Part shown: positions 1 to 14,605 of the stretch, piece after piece | How the letters are laid out: every line of letters starts with the position of its first letter | Numbering within the stretch: the stretch's first letter is position 1 | Origin: Mytilus edulis | Taxonomy: Eukaryota | Length of the DNA: 64,000 bases | NCBI RefSeq assembly: GCF_963676685.1 | Contig: NC_092348.1 | Location: 56,792,001 to 56,856,000 of the forward strand | Direction: 5' to 3' | Made by a program: the position numbers and the translations under genes | Notes under the pieces: generated by a model | What the model saw: the letters and a program-made list of their open reading frames with translations, nothing else | Databases searched by the model: none | Told to the model about the DNA's origin: nothing

Positions 1-2417
1 ACTTGTACTTTTAACGAGAAAACTTGAATGGCTTTTTCTGATCATTTTTCTGAATTTAAACTTACAACACTGATACTGAAATATTAAATAAATAAAAGCA
101 TGCAATTCCTAGTTCTGCTGCGCCCTGCGCAAGCAAAAGCCTTGTAGACCTTGCTTAAAGTGGTTGCCTGTCCATTTACTATCGAGTCGAACTTACTTCA
201 CCGCTGAGTAAACAAGAACCATTTAAATAAGTAAAGAATTGAAATACCAATGACCACATTTATTTAACACTTTTACAACAATACATATAAAGTTAATTTA
301 TATTGTTTGATCTGTAATAATTTCTTTATCAAAGATTTAATCTCTCCATTTACCCAAACAATGAAGGAGTTATGGCATTGGCGGGAGTTTAACGTTTTCT
401 CAACAAACCATAATATCTTAATGGGATAAATCTTAAACTTAATCTGATGTTTTAAATAATTTCAAGTGTACATGCAGTCTTTAGATAACCTTAGTGTGTA
501 CTGATACATTCCACTCGGACCTTTATCTTTGTTGTACACGAATCATAAATAAAATTCACATATCAATGACATGACATGGGAACTAAATTAAAAAGGAAGA
601 AGCTTAAATCAATGCGCTTAAAGAAGGTAAGATTAACATTGTCATAGATACATGTATGTATGTAAGGTCAAATATAAGGACGAAATCTTATCTCACGTTG
701 AATGTTCTTTACTAATTTTATAAATTGTTTAATTTTCATAAAAAAAAACCATTGAGATCAAACGTCAAATTTGATCGGTACTTCGACAGGTTTTGGTTCG
801 TCTTTTATTTTTATGATTTCTTTTTACATGTCACGTGTTCAAAAGATACATACAATAGATTCTTGCATAAATTTGCATATGGCAATCGACAATCCTCGGG
901 TGAATCCATTACTCTCCTTGCTAGATGAAGGTACGGAATCGGCCGGGATGTGACGAATGTTGCATATGGAACATCAACCGAACAATACTCGAGATTCGAG
1001 AAATACCTTATGGGCTCAATGTAAAGAAGTTAGGACAAGGAACTAAGTTGATGAACAAGCTGTGTATATTCGTAATTTGTAGCGATACATATTATAACCC
1101 AATATCGATAGGTCCTGATAATGAAACTATCTCTAGATTTTGTATAGAGACATATGCAAGTGGTTAGACGTTTCAAGTATACCAACAACGCTACATGTGT
1201 CGAACATTTGACACAGCAGTGAAAAAATCCAGAGCGATTTACTTTATAAATAAGCACTTGTCACTATGCTTAAATTTTAAAATTTTATAAGTTTTAAAGC
1301 AGGTCGATAGTTGATCAATATCATATATACGTAAATAATATTTTAGAGCATGAAACAGTATATTTGAATGAAAACTTTAAAATATGAGGCAATGAAAAAG
1401 AGCTAACATCTCGAGCATTACAACCCTGTCATGCTGCGTCTCTATCTGCCTGTCTCACACAAAACGTATACCTTTCTATTTGACAAATCAAATATTTAAG
1501 TAAAACTTTAATATGAATAAAGGCTGCTATAAAGACACATGCAAGTTTACTACTGACACTTTCTTTAAAAAATAAAGATGGCTGGGGCTATACTACTTGT
1601 CATGCTGACCCCCTCCCCCGAAAAAAGTTCTTGTACACTTCTTCAAAGTTCTTTTACTGAACAACGCGATACATATTATACGCCGAAGGACAGAACATAG
1701 ACAGCAAGAATTGTAATCTTTAAATTTAAAGAAATGAAAATCAAACTAATATTAACTCCAATTAAGTAACTAGATTAGACGTAATTTTTGTATACAGCGT
1801 GACGCCTTCTTGTATATTAAATAATTAAATCCGATTATTTTGTAAATAAAACATAACAATCAAAGCCTTTAAAAAGAATACAATTACGGTACCAGGTACA
1901 ACGAAAGAAGAATGTATCATCTTAAGAACAAGACTAAATTTATTAATTAAGCAACTTCAAAATTCGTGATTTGTGTTTTTTTCTACCTGGAATTAAGTTG
2001 ATCAACATTTAAGTACTTTATTTTGTATGTATACCTGTTCGAAATATTCAAAACAGGCTATACTATTGCCTGATACTATACAGAATAATGTATATCTATT
2101 CCAGTGCACTAAATATATCACATACTTTATTTGGATGCATGTGTATTGATCACTATGTTTAGTACTGTCTGGTGTTTGTATGTCTGTTCTGTGTATTGCA
2201 CTGTCTTATACATATATGAAATAAGCATTTATCTTTTACTTGTGTTTTAAGTTGATCATTATGTTTATTATGTTTGAAAATGCGCAGTAATACATGTTTT
2301 GTTTTTCGTTTTGATCTGTCTTTGCTTTTTGAAAGTGTGTACTGTGTTTTGATGTATATATAGTTGTTATTTTTATCTCTATTAGTTTTAACTTTAAATG
2401 TTTTTTTAGCTCTATTA

Positions 2418-2952
2418 TTTTTATGCCCCACCTGCGATAGTTATATATATCATTTATTCTGGTATCACCTAAGTTGGACAAAGGTATACAGAAAAACACA
2501 TTAGTTTACATTACATTACATATAAGTACATTTGTTGAGGAAGCATTAAATATGAGTTTTTTTTACAACGGTATGATCAGTATAGCCGACAGGTTAACAT
2601 CAGAGAGAATCCAGTTTGTCATTTATAATTCTAATAAATTGGCACAATTTTCGGAGTTTCGATTTCTGTTTTTGGTTCATAGTAGAGGGGCATTATGTTT
2701 TCTGGTCCGTCCGTCCGTTCGTTCGTCCGTTCGTTAGTCCGTCTGTCCCGCTTCAGGTTAAAGTTTTTGGTCAAGGTAGTTTTTGATGAAGCTGAAGTCC
2801 AATCAACTTGAAACTTAGTACATGTGTTGCTTATGACATCATCTTTCTAATTTTAATGCCACATTAGATAATTTGCCTAATTTCACTGTCCATTGAACAT
2901 GGAAAATGATAGTGCGAGTGGAGCATCCGTGTACTTTGGACACATTCTTGTT
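2418..2952 (+). repeat. HINE/Helentron-associated-like repeat with a (GTCC/GTTC)n tract, split by a ~240-bp insertion; a second copy lies at 40095-40838 (-)
   Basis: tttttatgccccacct…[insert]…agtagaggggcattatg…(gtcc)n…ggacacattcttgttt. The reverse-complement copy at 40095-40838 has a contiguous 5' end and carries another repeat at 40443-40708. Confidence 0.65.
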
Positions 2953-3054
2953 TATTATAATCTAAAATGTAAAAACATATAATATACAAGACATATAAAA
3001 AAGAATAAAAGTAGAAAGAAGGGAAAAAAATACAGATGTTTATTCCATTATAAA

Positions 3055-6000
3055 TTATGGTGTATATCGTTTAAATGTTCGAACTGTGGTAAGGTTTTTC
3101 CCCAATGCTTCCAGAGTCTGAAAAGACAAAAACAAATGAATTATTAGGTACATTATCTCGTAAAACATGATTGTTACATTTTTTTTAAACTATATATATA
3201 TATTCAAAAAAAATGTATATCTTTATTTCAAGAGCTAAGTATGACGAGTTAATAATGTATGTTGTACAACTGTCAACGTGACATATACTGTAATATTTAT
3301 TCCAGTGGACATAATATTCCTGAAAACGTTTTCCATTTGGAACTTATATAATGAAGGATCATTTGTTTCGTATATATGGGAGACCTTTTTTAATTTGTGT
3401 TTATTACTCTTATATTTGGAATTTATAAGCGCTACAATAGGTTGTCACATAGTCTTGATATTTCTTCAAAGTTAGAAACACGTAATTTTACTTGAACATC
3501 ATTTGAGCCTAGTAAATACAGCACCAGTATCAAAACAAACAACGTTACAAAATGTTTTTTTAGGAGCGGAGGGATTTCACACCTAAAACGCTAACATGAC
3601 TGTTTATAAGCCTGGAGAGTTGTCTCATTGACACGCATACCACATCTTCTTATATCTATATGCAAATTCTTACGATTGTCATAGTGTCGTCATCAACACG
3701 TGACCGTGTTATTTTCGATTCCACTTCGCCTGGTTTTAGACCTTTTTGGTAATGTACTAGATCATCTCCTTCCACAGCAAAAGTTGACTGAAAAATATCA
3801 CCATAAAAACTGTTAGTTTCTGTTTAAAAATTTAAAGAGGTATCGAAGAGGAGTGTGCTTTGTTTTACCTTAAAAGTCTGAGATTTATGTTGACTTATAT
3901 TATCATATCCCTCCTTTATATTTATTTTTTTTCTTTCATTTTTTGAATCAGCATGAACAGCGATACAAAGAAATAGTAAATATATTGCTTTTTTCTGTTT
4001 GAGAATGCTATGGCTTTTGCATGGTCATCTGGTTTCAGCTTATGGGTTAAAAACAGCGCTTAAAATTTTCACATTCGCACAATTTGAAGTGTTTGAAATA
4101 CACTATTTCATCTCAAGTCAAAGGATTAAAATAAATTTTATAACCACAAAATTTAATACTTTTAAGAGTAATAGATAAATAAATTGACTTGTTTCATACA
4201 TATTTTACTGTTTTACGATAGTTTTATTCGTTTTTATTAGACTGAACAATTTATGAAATGCTAATTTGTCTGTTTGCATAATATATATATACAATATATG
4301 TAAGTAATTTCGACAACCACTGGAAATGTGACCATGGGGAAACGATGAATTTTCTCACATTGCATAAGGAAAACATTTTAGGGTTGAACATTGTATGGAC
4401 TTGGCTCATTGTTGAAGGCCTTAAGTTATCATATTCAATACTTTTTTTTATCAACAATTCATAAAAAAGGGATATTAAAGAACAAGGATCACATTATCAA
4501 AAACATATTGAATAGAAGTTATTGGAGAGAACTGATGAACCCCAAAAAAATTTGAAGAGGAATTCTGATGTAAACACAGATTGACGAGAATTTTTTTTAC
4601 AATGTGAAGTGATCAACCGTTATAATAAAAAGGTCTGTAACAAAACCTGTCAGTACCAAAGCACGACCCATGAGCTGAGCGAATTTCGTTTTTAATTCTG
4701 TTCTCTATTTATTCCATTGTTTTATTTAGTATAAATACCAAAGGGTAAGGTTGCAGCACACTTTGTGGTGTTTTAAACTTTCTTATGGGAGTCGCTGTTC
4801 TTTCCATTCACTAAATGTATACTTGATCTTTTTTACCATTAGCTCTAAAAGCTCTTAATATTAAGGTTTGTACAACTTTTCCCTCGACAAATTGAAGCTA
4901 AACGATTCATCTCGTATTTTTTATTTGTTGAACGGCCGAAATTTGGATCCTTTTTAACGGTTTTCAGAGACCCTTTATTGCTTACCTTGCAAAATTGGTA
5001 TTGGTTTAATATCGTGGCTCGCAAACGGTGACTTGCAGATTTTTAATGTCTCATGTATTGGCTTTGTGTACAGTTTTTCATTTATATTAAAGATTCATAC
5101 CACATTTCGTGTATATATGCTTTTTCGTATGAGCTGATCATTTTACTGTTGTTTTCCCCCTTTTATCTTATAATGTGCTATTGCAAGTGTGTTTTTTTTA
5201 ATCACTTTTGTGCATTCAGAGTTTTCGTGGTCTACTGTCAATTGTTGGTGTCCCTTATCTGATATCTCATTACATTATACATAGCCGCGGTATCTATCTT
5301 GTAACATTTATGTTGAATCAAAGCTTTATTCAAGTTCATTGGAGTACATATACACATAAATTGCATTAGCATAAAACATATTTTATATTCCCATTCAAAT
5401 ATTGACAAAAAAATATAAAGCGGTATTAAAACCAATCGATTAACTTTCCCAAAGTTGATTCCTCAAAAAGACTTTTGTCGAATAATAAATCAAACACACC
5501 GTTTAAACAACGTGCGAAGACATCGAAATATTGTTTGATTTAGATTAGGGCGAGATAATGGAAACTTGAAAATGTTGATACAATGAGTTTGCTTGTATTA
5601 TATATTATCCATAAAAACGATCTTGTTTCCTCAGGACTTGTAAAATATAACATTTAAATATATCAAGATATAACGATTTAAGATAATGTCATTTAAAGTT
5701 TTGTGATATGAATTGGCATTTATTTATCAGTACAAGATTTGAAAATGAGGTCTTGAATCTAAATAGCATAACCACCCGATAAATGGCTTTTGATAATATT
5801 AACGTCATAAACACGTAACATTTTTTTCATTGGATGAAAAACAAATGGCAAAGACACATTTATGCATTGTATGATGGTATCGGACAGACAATTTTCTGTT
5901 ATTAAATGTAATTATGATTTTCATCTGGAATGAATTTTTAACGTTCATTTTAATTGCATGATTTGATTTAACTATCAAAATCAATAAGATAACATGGCTT

Positions 6001-7537
6001 CAGATGCATGGTATTAATAAAAGAATAAAATCTGAATATTTTAGTGAATTGGATTTAAATTTATAAAACACCACATGGAAGACATAGAATTCCAAGTTTC
6101 AGTAAAGCAGACGACACTGTGCCCAAAATAAAAAGGAATTAAAACAGCAGCCCAAAAGCTAGAAATAAATAAAGTTGTATGAGTTTCCTATTCTTTTGTT
6201 TGGGGTGACACTCAAACGGAAATCTATCTATATGCTCCTTGTCACGTGATCATTTTAGAACAAATTTTTCAAAGAATTGTTACAAGCAGAACGCCCGGAA
6301 TCCGTATGTGGATGGCGGGAGGATTTGGTTGGCGATGGGGACAATGTTTTTTCCCCTAATATTTCACTGCCGCGATTCGTGATAGTAAAGCCAAAAGTCT
6401 AAATGATACAGATGTCGCGAATTACCTTTACACATCTAAAAAAATGACTTTTTACCGTAATAGAACTGCTGGTTTATAATTTTTAAAGTTCAAAAAAGAA
6501 TTTTACCTTGCATTTTCTGCCATCCAATGTTGTTTCGTCGAACACTTCTCCAAGTTTGAATTTAAGATGAGCATTCTTGAATGTAGATGTTATTAGAAGT
6601 TCCCATAATTCATCGGTCTGTTTGATTTCTTCGCAGCTAGTTATACTGTTTCCTACTTTTCGAAGTATTATATTCACACCTACATGTATATAGTTCAATG
6701 ATAAACAGCAAAATGTAACAAAACATGCAAGCATTGTTGACCTCTGTGACCGGCTAAACAGTAATGGATATTTACAGAAGGAAATCCTTGCTTATCTTCA
6801 AACATACGTTTTAACTCTTCGTGTTGCTCAGTTTTAGTCACGGTTCTATGTTGTGTATTATTATATTTGGTTGTTTGTTTTTCGATCTTTTTTTCGTTAT
6901 TTACCATTGTGTTTCCGACTTCTTAGTTTGAGTACTGGTACCCCTTTGTTAGTTTGAGTACTGGTACCCCTTTGTTATCTTTTGTCTCTCTTTGACTGTT
7001 TATGGGATATTCAGCATTGAATAAGGCGAATAACTCATTACCATTTAGCAGATAAGGCTTCACTTTCCAAAAAAAACATTAAAAGTGTTAAGAAATTTCC
7101 ATCATAGCAATGGAATAAAATAGCACTATTATTGGGAACGTGATACATGTACATGTATGTGGTTAAGCCTTTTTGTATTGCATATTTGATGGCTAATTCT
7201 TAATACCGGTATTCACGTTAACTTTCCGTTTTCAACTGACTACATTTTGGGATACAGATTAATGGAGGCTATAATTTATATAGTTAAGCTGGACGAATTG
7301 ATGTTGGATGTCCAAAAAGCACGCGTGTGAATACCCCTGCTATTGGGTTTCCATAAAAAAAGGAACATTTTGATTTTTGAAAGTAGTAAATGTTCAAGTT
7401 CAAACAAAATAGTTATACGTTCCTACACAATTTCAAAGATGTAAATATACAATTTTAGTAATACCCATCATTTTCATATAGTCATCCCATTTGCCGTCAC
7501 TGCTGTGAAGTTTCCAGTGCCCTAAAAGTTTCGTCAT
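3055..7537 (-). CDS. FABP: Fatty acid-binding protein (FABP/iLBP family), 4 coding exons: 7465-7537, 6507-6679, 3674-3787, 3055-3117; 140 aa
   Basis: Manual splicing gives MTKLLGHWKLHSSDGKWDDYMKMMG/VNIILRKVGN...TSTFKNAHLKFKLGEVFDETTLDGRKCK/STFAVEGDDLVHYQKG.../TLEALGKNLTTVRTFKRYTP*. It has the GxWxL motif and the F-LG-EF-E-T-DGR motif, the canonical 73-nt and 173-nt first two exons, GT-AG junctions in phase, and an AATAAA just after the stop (~3039-3044). Confidence 0.93.
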
Positions 7538-10500
7538 ATCTGCAATTAAGGAACGATTTAGACGGTTTTGGTACTCGTGCATCATGTGAATTGACCCTGG
7601 ATACGAATTTGCATGATGCAGCGTTAAAAAAAATCTAAAAAATATGTTTTTTCCATATCAACACATTTTAACATCTAGTTGTTTGCCTTATATGCTCATT
7701 TATTTACTAACAGTATGCACTGAAATAATTGTGATCACTTGTGTGTTTTAGCAAGTAAATCTTGTGCCTGGAAAGGTAAGCGCAACACTGATAGAGCATG
7801 TCTGACTGTAAGACCGCATGCGCGGAACTAACTTTATTTTCTGCTACCAACACGAACATTTAATACATTGTGTGAATTCACCCATTTTAACCTCTTTTGT
7901 TTTAGTTTTTCCCAATTTTATCTTTTGTTGTTGTTTATATATATTTCATCATGATTAATTATTATTAAAATCGCCTGTGTTATTAAGTTTTCATTTTAGA
8001 TATACATGTACTCGATTAACAAAAAAGCCATACACTAATGAAATAAAAAGCTTTGATATTCACTGAAATGTGTTCCGAAATTTTAATGGTAAGATAGTGC
8101 CCAACTTAAATGTTTTTTTTTTGTAGCGATCCTTTAGCTATATGTAAACTCTTACCTCCAGTTAAACGTATTGGAATGCTTTTAATTAAAAAAATCCTTG
8201 AGACGTTTTAAACAATTTTATACACAGTTTGTATGCACACCCTTTAGACCTATTTTATCTAATCAACCTCTCATTAATTTTACAAGTTCATACTTACAAT
8301 CGATTTATCAACAATCTTGAACTTTGATTATTTATGACTAGTAGTTTTACAGTAGCACATGCTTATTTCTCGTGGCTTTTTAAACATGAATGAAAAGTTT
8401 GAAAATTGTATGATACATAATTTGACGAACTTCTAGTATCTTCCGGCACTCCCATATTACTTATAATTTAGTCTAAATTTAAGACTGGAAGGAATGTGCC
8501 TATTGAGAGAATCGTTACCCGAGGGTAAATTTTCAGGCTTGTTTGAAATTAGATCTATAGGTTTATACGGGCAATGCTTGTCCTTGTCACAGACAACTTC
8601 AATCGATTTATACAAGATGTTGACCGGGATTTTAATTCTTGCATGATCAGTGGTGTTTCGATTTTCTTATACTCACCCATCAAACTTGCAACTCATACAA
8701 AAAGTTATGAAAACGCTAAATCAGCAACGAGACAAAGTTAGACAGGCCTAGCAGCTAAAAATTTAACACAAACGCTCCCCCACCCTACCCCCAAAAAAAC
8801 CAGTATCTATAAACATGTATAAGAGATTTTCGATTACAATTGACGGCATACAGATATAGAACGAGGCGGATACAAATATGAATATTCATGCATCTTTACT
8901 TGTTTTTACAGACTGTAAGGAATGAGTGTTATGGTTGATCAAGGATTTTGCAAAAGTGGATCTTGACCTCATATTGTTAAAAGTGAAATTTGTATTCTTT
9001 TATTTTTTTTTTCTCATTTTGTAGCAACAAGTTTTGCTTCATCATAAAACAGTTTGTCCCACCTAAATCCCCCCATTGAGCTATAAACAATTCACGGATT
9101 TAAATCATGACCAGGATAGTAGTCTTTGTTTAGACTACTGTCATTATAATGTGTGCAGTGTGAAAGACATAAAATACAATGCCCTGATATAATTTCAAAA
9201 TCTGTCCATGTTATGTAAATATTCGATGTTATCCGCTTCCAATTAAAATATCGATTACAGTATTTGCATTATACGTGTCAGTTATAGAGTTCATTCAAGG
9301 ACGTAAAGTGACCATGCCGTTTTGTCTGAAATGATATCAATACATTTATGTTAACCTTTTTGTAAACTCGACCTATTCCAATAAACTTTTGTGCTTTGAT
9401 GACAACAGCACAAATGGAATTAGATTGTTCTTTCCGCTGAAAAGCCCGGGGTCTGTATAACTTGTCTTCCATTGGTCGCGGCGCCAGCCATTCCCTACCC
9501 AACTCCCAAGACAATGATGAATTGAAATATGTTTGAAAGGTTAAAGACGTTGTATGATATCTTCACCTAAATATATAAGAAACTCATAAAGACTTTGGAC
9601 AATTCTTGCTGTTGTGTTTGGACCTTATTGGTTTAAGAAGAAGAAACATGGAGAAATGAGCTGGTAATCTTCAATCGTCTGATGTTTTATGGCTTCATTT
9701 TAAGATTTTAGTCATCTTATGTATTTTTGCAGTTAAATATGCAGCAATTTACAAAAACAATGTTTCCTTAATCCAAATATTGAATTCACTATCAGTTTTC
9801 GCGATATCTATGATTATATTTGACCATGATTTTGCTCCGTTCCGAGTATACTCATACCAGTCCCTCAATGAAAGAAAAAAAGTACATAATCATAACTTCA
9901 TGAATTGTTTATCACCCCGACGCCGACCCCGCAAAATAAGCGTACATAAGTTTGCCTCCTCCAAATTGTTTAAAAAAAACCAATACGTTACTAACATGAA
10001 CGGTACCATTTTTTTCTGCACTTGATGCGCATTTCGACATTCAATGTCTCTTCAGTGAAGCTAGAGGGCAAAATATATGAAAATCCAAAGCTTAGACCAT
10101 GGATTTTTATGTCATAGAAAAAAGAACCTGGTCAAATTCTGACAAACATAGTAGCCATAGTATTAATATATGTGTGATGTGGTACGTGTATTTGTTTACC
10201 CTTATTTGCACTGGTGCATTATTTACAGAAGACACTTTTTTTTTCATGATAGGCAACCCGTAGTTTGTTGTTTAATTCGATCGCGAAAAGGACCTGTGAA
10301 GTATCTTTGACGTCATGAATTCTATAATAAAACAACATTAACCTATCGTTAGGACGTTCCTAATGTGTGATGATATTCCATAAATACTAGCAATGTGTGT
10401 TAAAATAGATTTAGACTCCAAAAAGTAATAAATTTCCATTACGAAGAAAATATATTACATAAAACATGGGCTTAATGTAGTAAACAAAGTGATTGAGTCG

Positions 10501-10734
10501 TTAACATAACCTTAAAAGAAGACGAAAAACAAAATTGCATCAATTAAGTATGTTGCAGCCAAGACATGCGAGAAAGCAATTTCACTGTTGACAAAGCAGA
10601 ACTAGATAAAACGTTGTTCAAAGATAATAAAATATCTCTTTTTTAATTATAACTAATGTTCTTGTTAACAACCAATAATTATATTATCAAAAGAAACACT
10701 TTGTAAACGGAAGCGAAACTGACAATTATGTCAG

Positions 10735-10854
10735 GTTGTCACGACAAACATGTATATTTTAGTTCTTTGACAGGTGCTTCAGAGATAATTATTGATTACA
10801 AAAAGGTTTATTCCTTTTATAGATCATCATCTGTTCAGCAATTTCCATGGTAAC
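10735..10854. promoter_or_regulatory. Two RFX X-box-like palindromes upstream of the FAM217-like gene
   Basis: gttgtcacgacaaac (10735) and atttccatggtaac (10841-10854) resemble GTTNCCATGGNAAC; imperfect matches. Confidence 0.3.
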
Positions 10855-11136
10855 GGATAATGATCAAATCATAATCCAGAAATTCAAACGAGTCTACGTT
10901 GATTTGAATGACTGCATTTATTATTGTATAGTTGGAATGTCATTGCTTTATTAATAATTCATCTAGGAAATTATGATTGCTTACTTTAATATATTTCTGT
11001 TTTGTTCCAGTAAGTATATTATGAATATTTGATTGCTATCTGTAAAATTACTGTATTGTTTATATATCTTTTTCAACAATATTGATAGCATTGCTCGACA
11101 CAATTAATAAAACAGTCTCATTTTTGACTTCTGTAG

Positions 11137-14100
11137 AAATTATACCAACAACCTAATCCAACGCCGTTGGAAAATGCCACACAATTATACAGAAGTCAGC
11201 TAGCTGCTAGTTTACGTGCTTTCAAACCGAAAGAGTGGCCACCTTTGAATTCACAGGAGTTGGAAACTTCGTACCTGAGGTGCAAACCAATCAACTGTCA
11301 AAACGACAGGTAAGAAACTAATAAATCTTTTATGTTTCTCATCATTTCAAATACATTCGAAAATTAAAAAAATAATATCATAATTCAGAAATTTAGCATT
11401 ACGATTGATTGAATGCACATCTAATTGCAAATGCATATACAGGATGCTTTCATATTTAACATGCAGTAAATTATTACTCGACTGTATGTTTTGCAAGTGG
11501 AAATTTAGACAGTAATATCATAAGGGATATACTTTTTACAATTTAAATCCCCAACAAATTAATAACCAATCGGTTCTTGTCCACATACACAAAGAGTTAC
11601 TCTCACAACAAGAGGCATTGAATTCAACAGTCCTTTTCTGTCTGGGCGTGTATGCGTATTTATACATCCCACAAAGCCAAATGTACGCGATCCAAATTTT
11701 GCCTTATTATTCATCAGACAATATAAAAGTGATCACTTAAATGGCATTATAAAAATAAAAGGCAGAGATAGAAATGAAATTTTGTTAGTTATAGGACCAC
11801 GTCAAGGGCATTTAAAATGAAAAAGGAGAAAGAAGATTTTTTGATACCACATTAACCAGTTCAGAGAATAACTTGATTGAATGTTGTTTGCTTAACGTCC
11901 AGCGACAAATATTTATGCATGTTCAGGACGAGAGAGTACCCCTAATGAAATTAAAATAGTACAGGAAGGGATAGCTAATTTAAAAGAGAATGAGAGATGC
12001 ATTTTGCGCACAGCGACAGTTGTCGTGAATAAAATTTAAGGGGGACATAAAATCAAAAATGAAAAGATTGAGGTATCAAGAACATTGTCAAAATGATAAG
12101 CCGATAACTGAATGTTCGATACTTTTAATGAAAACAACTTCAGTTGACTATTATATGTAATATTGCTGAAAAAAAATAATCTATTTATGTCTGTGCATCA
12201 TTGTTGCATTGCATTGGTCATTCAATTTTAATTCTATTCTCATTTTCAACACTATCATATACAATGATATATGTAATGTAATATACAATATGGAAGTAGT
12301 CTATTCTATAGAACTCGTCAATCGATAAATCTATATCTATGTCATAATTACCATAATAGTCCCAGATGGCTAATTGTCGACTAACTAGTGAAGTGAATTA
12401 TCAGATACTGAATACCTTTTATTAGTTAATTATGATATAAGCATACCTGTAGTAAGCTTATAGTTGAAGTGTACATGACGTGTTTCTGGAATAACAACGA
12501 AAATATTAATATTACAAACTCAAGTTTCGTGTAGACACATTAATAAAACATATTTACACAGCATCAATCTCATTAGTATTCGAAAAATTTAAACGTATAA
12601 TTGCTCCGAAAGAGTTTTTTTAACATTAGTTGTGACAAACAGGTTTTTCAACAATAAAACGGCATCAATCCAAAAAGGAAAACACTGAAAAATGCCCGAA
12701 ACCCGAAAAATGTAGAATCGTGTGTCCATGAATCAATAATATTCTCATTATACAACCGATTGCCTGTACATGTATAGATGATGCGGAAAACATATTTTAT
12801 TTATTTATTAACAAAATGTATTTATTATTCGCAGATTAATTAAACTATTAGACTCTTTGCCGTTATTAGTACATTTGTAAGTTTAGTTTTTTCTGCAATG
12901 CCATCGAACTATATGCACCGATAGAGGAAATGGGTTTACACATCCACGGTGGCTTCATTAAAACAATCATTTGGTTTCACTTCATGGCATCTTAAGCCGA
13001 ACAAGCACTAAAGAGGCACTGTATTGTTTTTGTGCAGATTACTTGGGGTGTATTGTATCTACAGATGACACGACTGCGTTCTGTTATTAATATTATTATT
13101 GCAAAAGACCTATATTTTCAAAAAAATGTACTACTGAAGAATGAGTTTTGTTTCAATGACATTGTAACTACATTGTAATTTGAATTGGTAATGTAAAATA
13201 AAAACATGGCAATGAATTTTATTATCACCTCTATCGTGAAATTCAGAAATGTTTTAACATGATTTTAATATTAGATAACTTTCGATTGTACTTTTTCAGT
13301 CATTCTTCTCCGCCGACCAGATGTTCTGCAAGATCAAGACCAAAATCCGTTCCGCCATCTGCGTTTAGAAATAGAGCACAGCCTAAACGATCAGATACCC
13401 CTACTGATGTCAGACCGGGTAATTTTGATTCCCTAAACCCACGTGTATTATCGCATTTACTTAATGATACATTGACTACGTCTTCGTATGGAGAAATTGC
13501 AGCAACCTATAATCAAAATGGCGATGAGAGTTCATCGAAAACTAAGGACACTAAAGATGACGACGTAAGTACAAGTGGAATTGAAAGCAACCCGACAGAC
13601 GACACAAGCAGTAGTGATGACGAAGACGATAGCGATTTTGAACCTGAAGTTGATGAAAACCGATTAGCTCCGGAGCTGTATTTAAGACCGGAGAAACTGG
13701 ATTCATTATTGTTGCCCGATTCTGCAAAGGGCTGGAGAAAATTCGATTTTGATGCAGACAATGTAAGTTATCCATATTATCCGTTTTCCAATCCATTACC
13801 TGAATCGTTTCGTGAATTAGATATGCGGCAGATTGCTCGTTTAAAATGGAATTGGCGAGATCAAACTCGACAAAGGTCACGCGAAAAAGGGGTCGATGAC
13901 ATTCTTGACAGAATGGTTGAGTTAGAACGTCTTCAGATGGAAACGGAGGACTGGGAACAAAAACGGTCTGCACAAATCAATAAACGATATTCCAAGAGGG
14001 CAATGAGTGCAAAAGTTCCTCGTGATAAACGATGTTGTGGTAAATGTTTACAACCTGCATGTACTGGAGATTGTCCCGAAAAGTTCGTGCAATCTGAAAT

Positions 14101-14605
14101 TTGTGAGCTTTGTCGGCAGCAGTTTTGTGTGAAATCTTGTGCGGACACAAAATATGAACAACGCATGCGTCAATCCCGATTAGACGATAAAATTCCTGTG
14201 CCAAAGACCCCAAATCCCAAATATTGTAAAAGTTGTCAAACAAAACACAACGCTAAACTAGTTAATGCAAATAATATTGTTCTAGGCAGACCTAAATCAT
14301 GTAATAGTACGTATAGTCGTGGTCAAGCTAGTAACAAACCAAAAGACTATCGACCTCGTTCTGATACGCCGGTATCTATAGACATGTTTCAGGAATTTGA
14401 TAAACTTGGAATTGATGCACAACAACCGGTTCGTCCAACAACAGCGAAAGTGCAACGACCGAGGAGTAGAAACTCTTCATTTCCTAGCAAATCATTTTAC
14501 TCTCAAAGAAGAGACTCATTGACAGAAGCTGACAAACATAGATTCAAAAAGAAATCCCAGAAAAATAGTAAAGTGTTAGTTCGACGACCAAAAACAGCAG
14601 TATAG
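11137..14605 (+). CDS. FAM217-like protein with a Cys-rich segment; exons 11137-11309 and 13300-14605, start codon not identified
   Basis: 448-aa ORF with an acceptor (ttttcag) at 13299. The upstream 173-nt exon joins in phase (…QND-S-HSS…). The segment PELYLRPEKLD…YYPFSNPLPESFRELDMRQIA…ILDRMVELERLQMETEDWE matches my recollection of the FAM217 core (PPDLNLRAEEID…YYPNFLPSPFSSWDLRDMA…IDRLIQLEWLQVQTVQCE). Confidence 0.7.

Noticed and set aside
725-1257. Cluster of 60-80-aa ORFs near the window start
   Set aside because: No recognisable motif and no consistent splice sites in any frame I translated.
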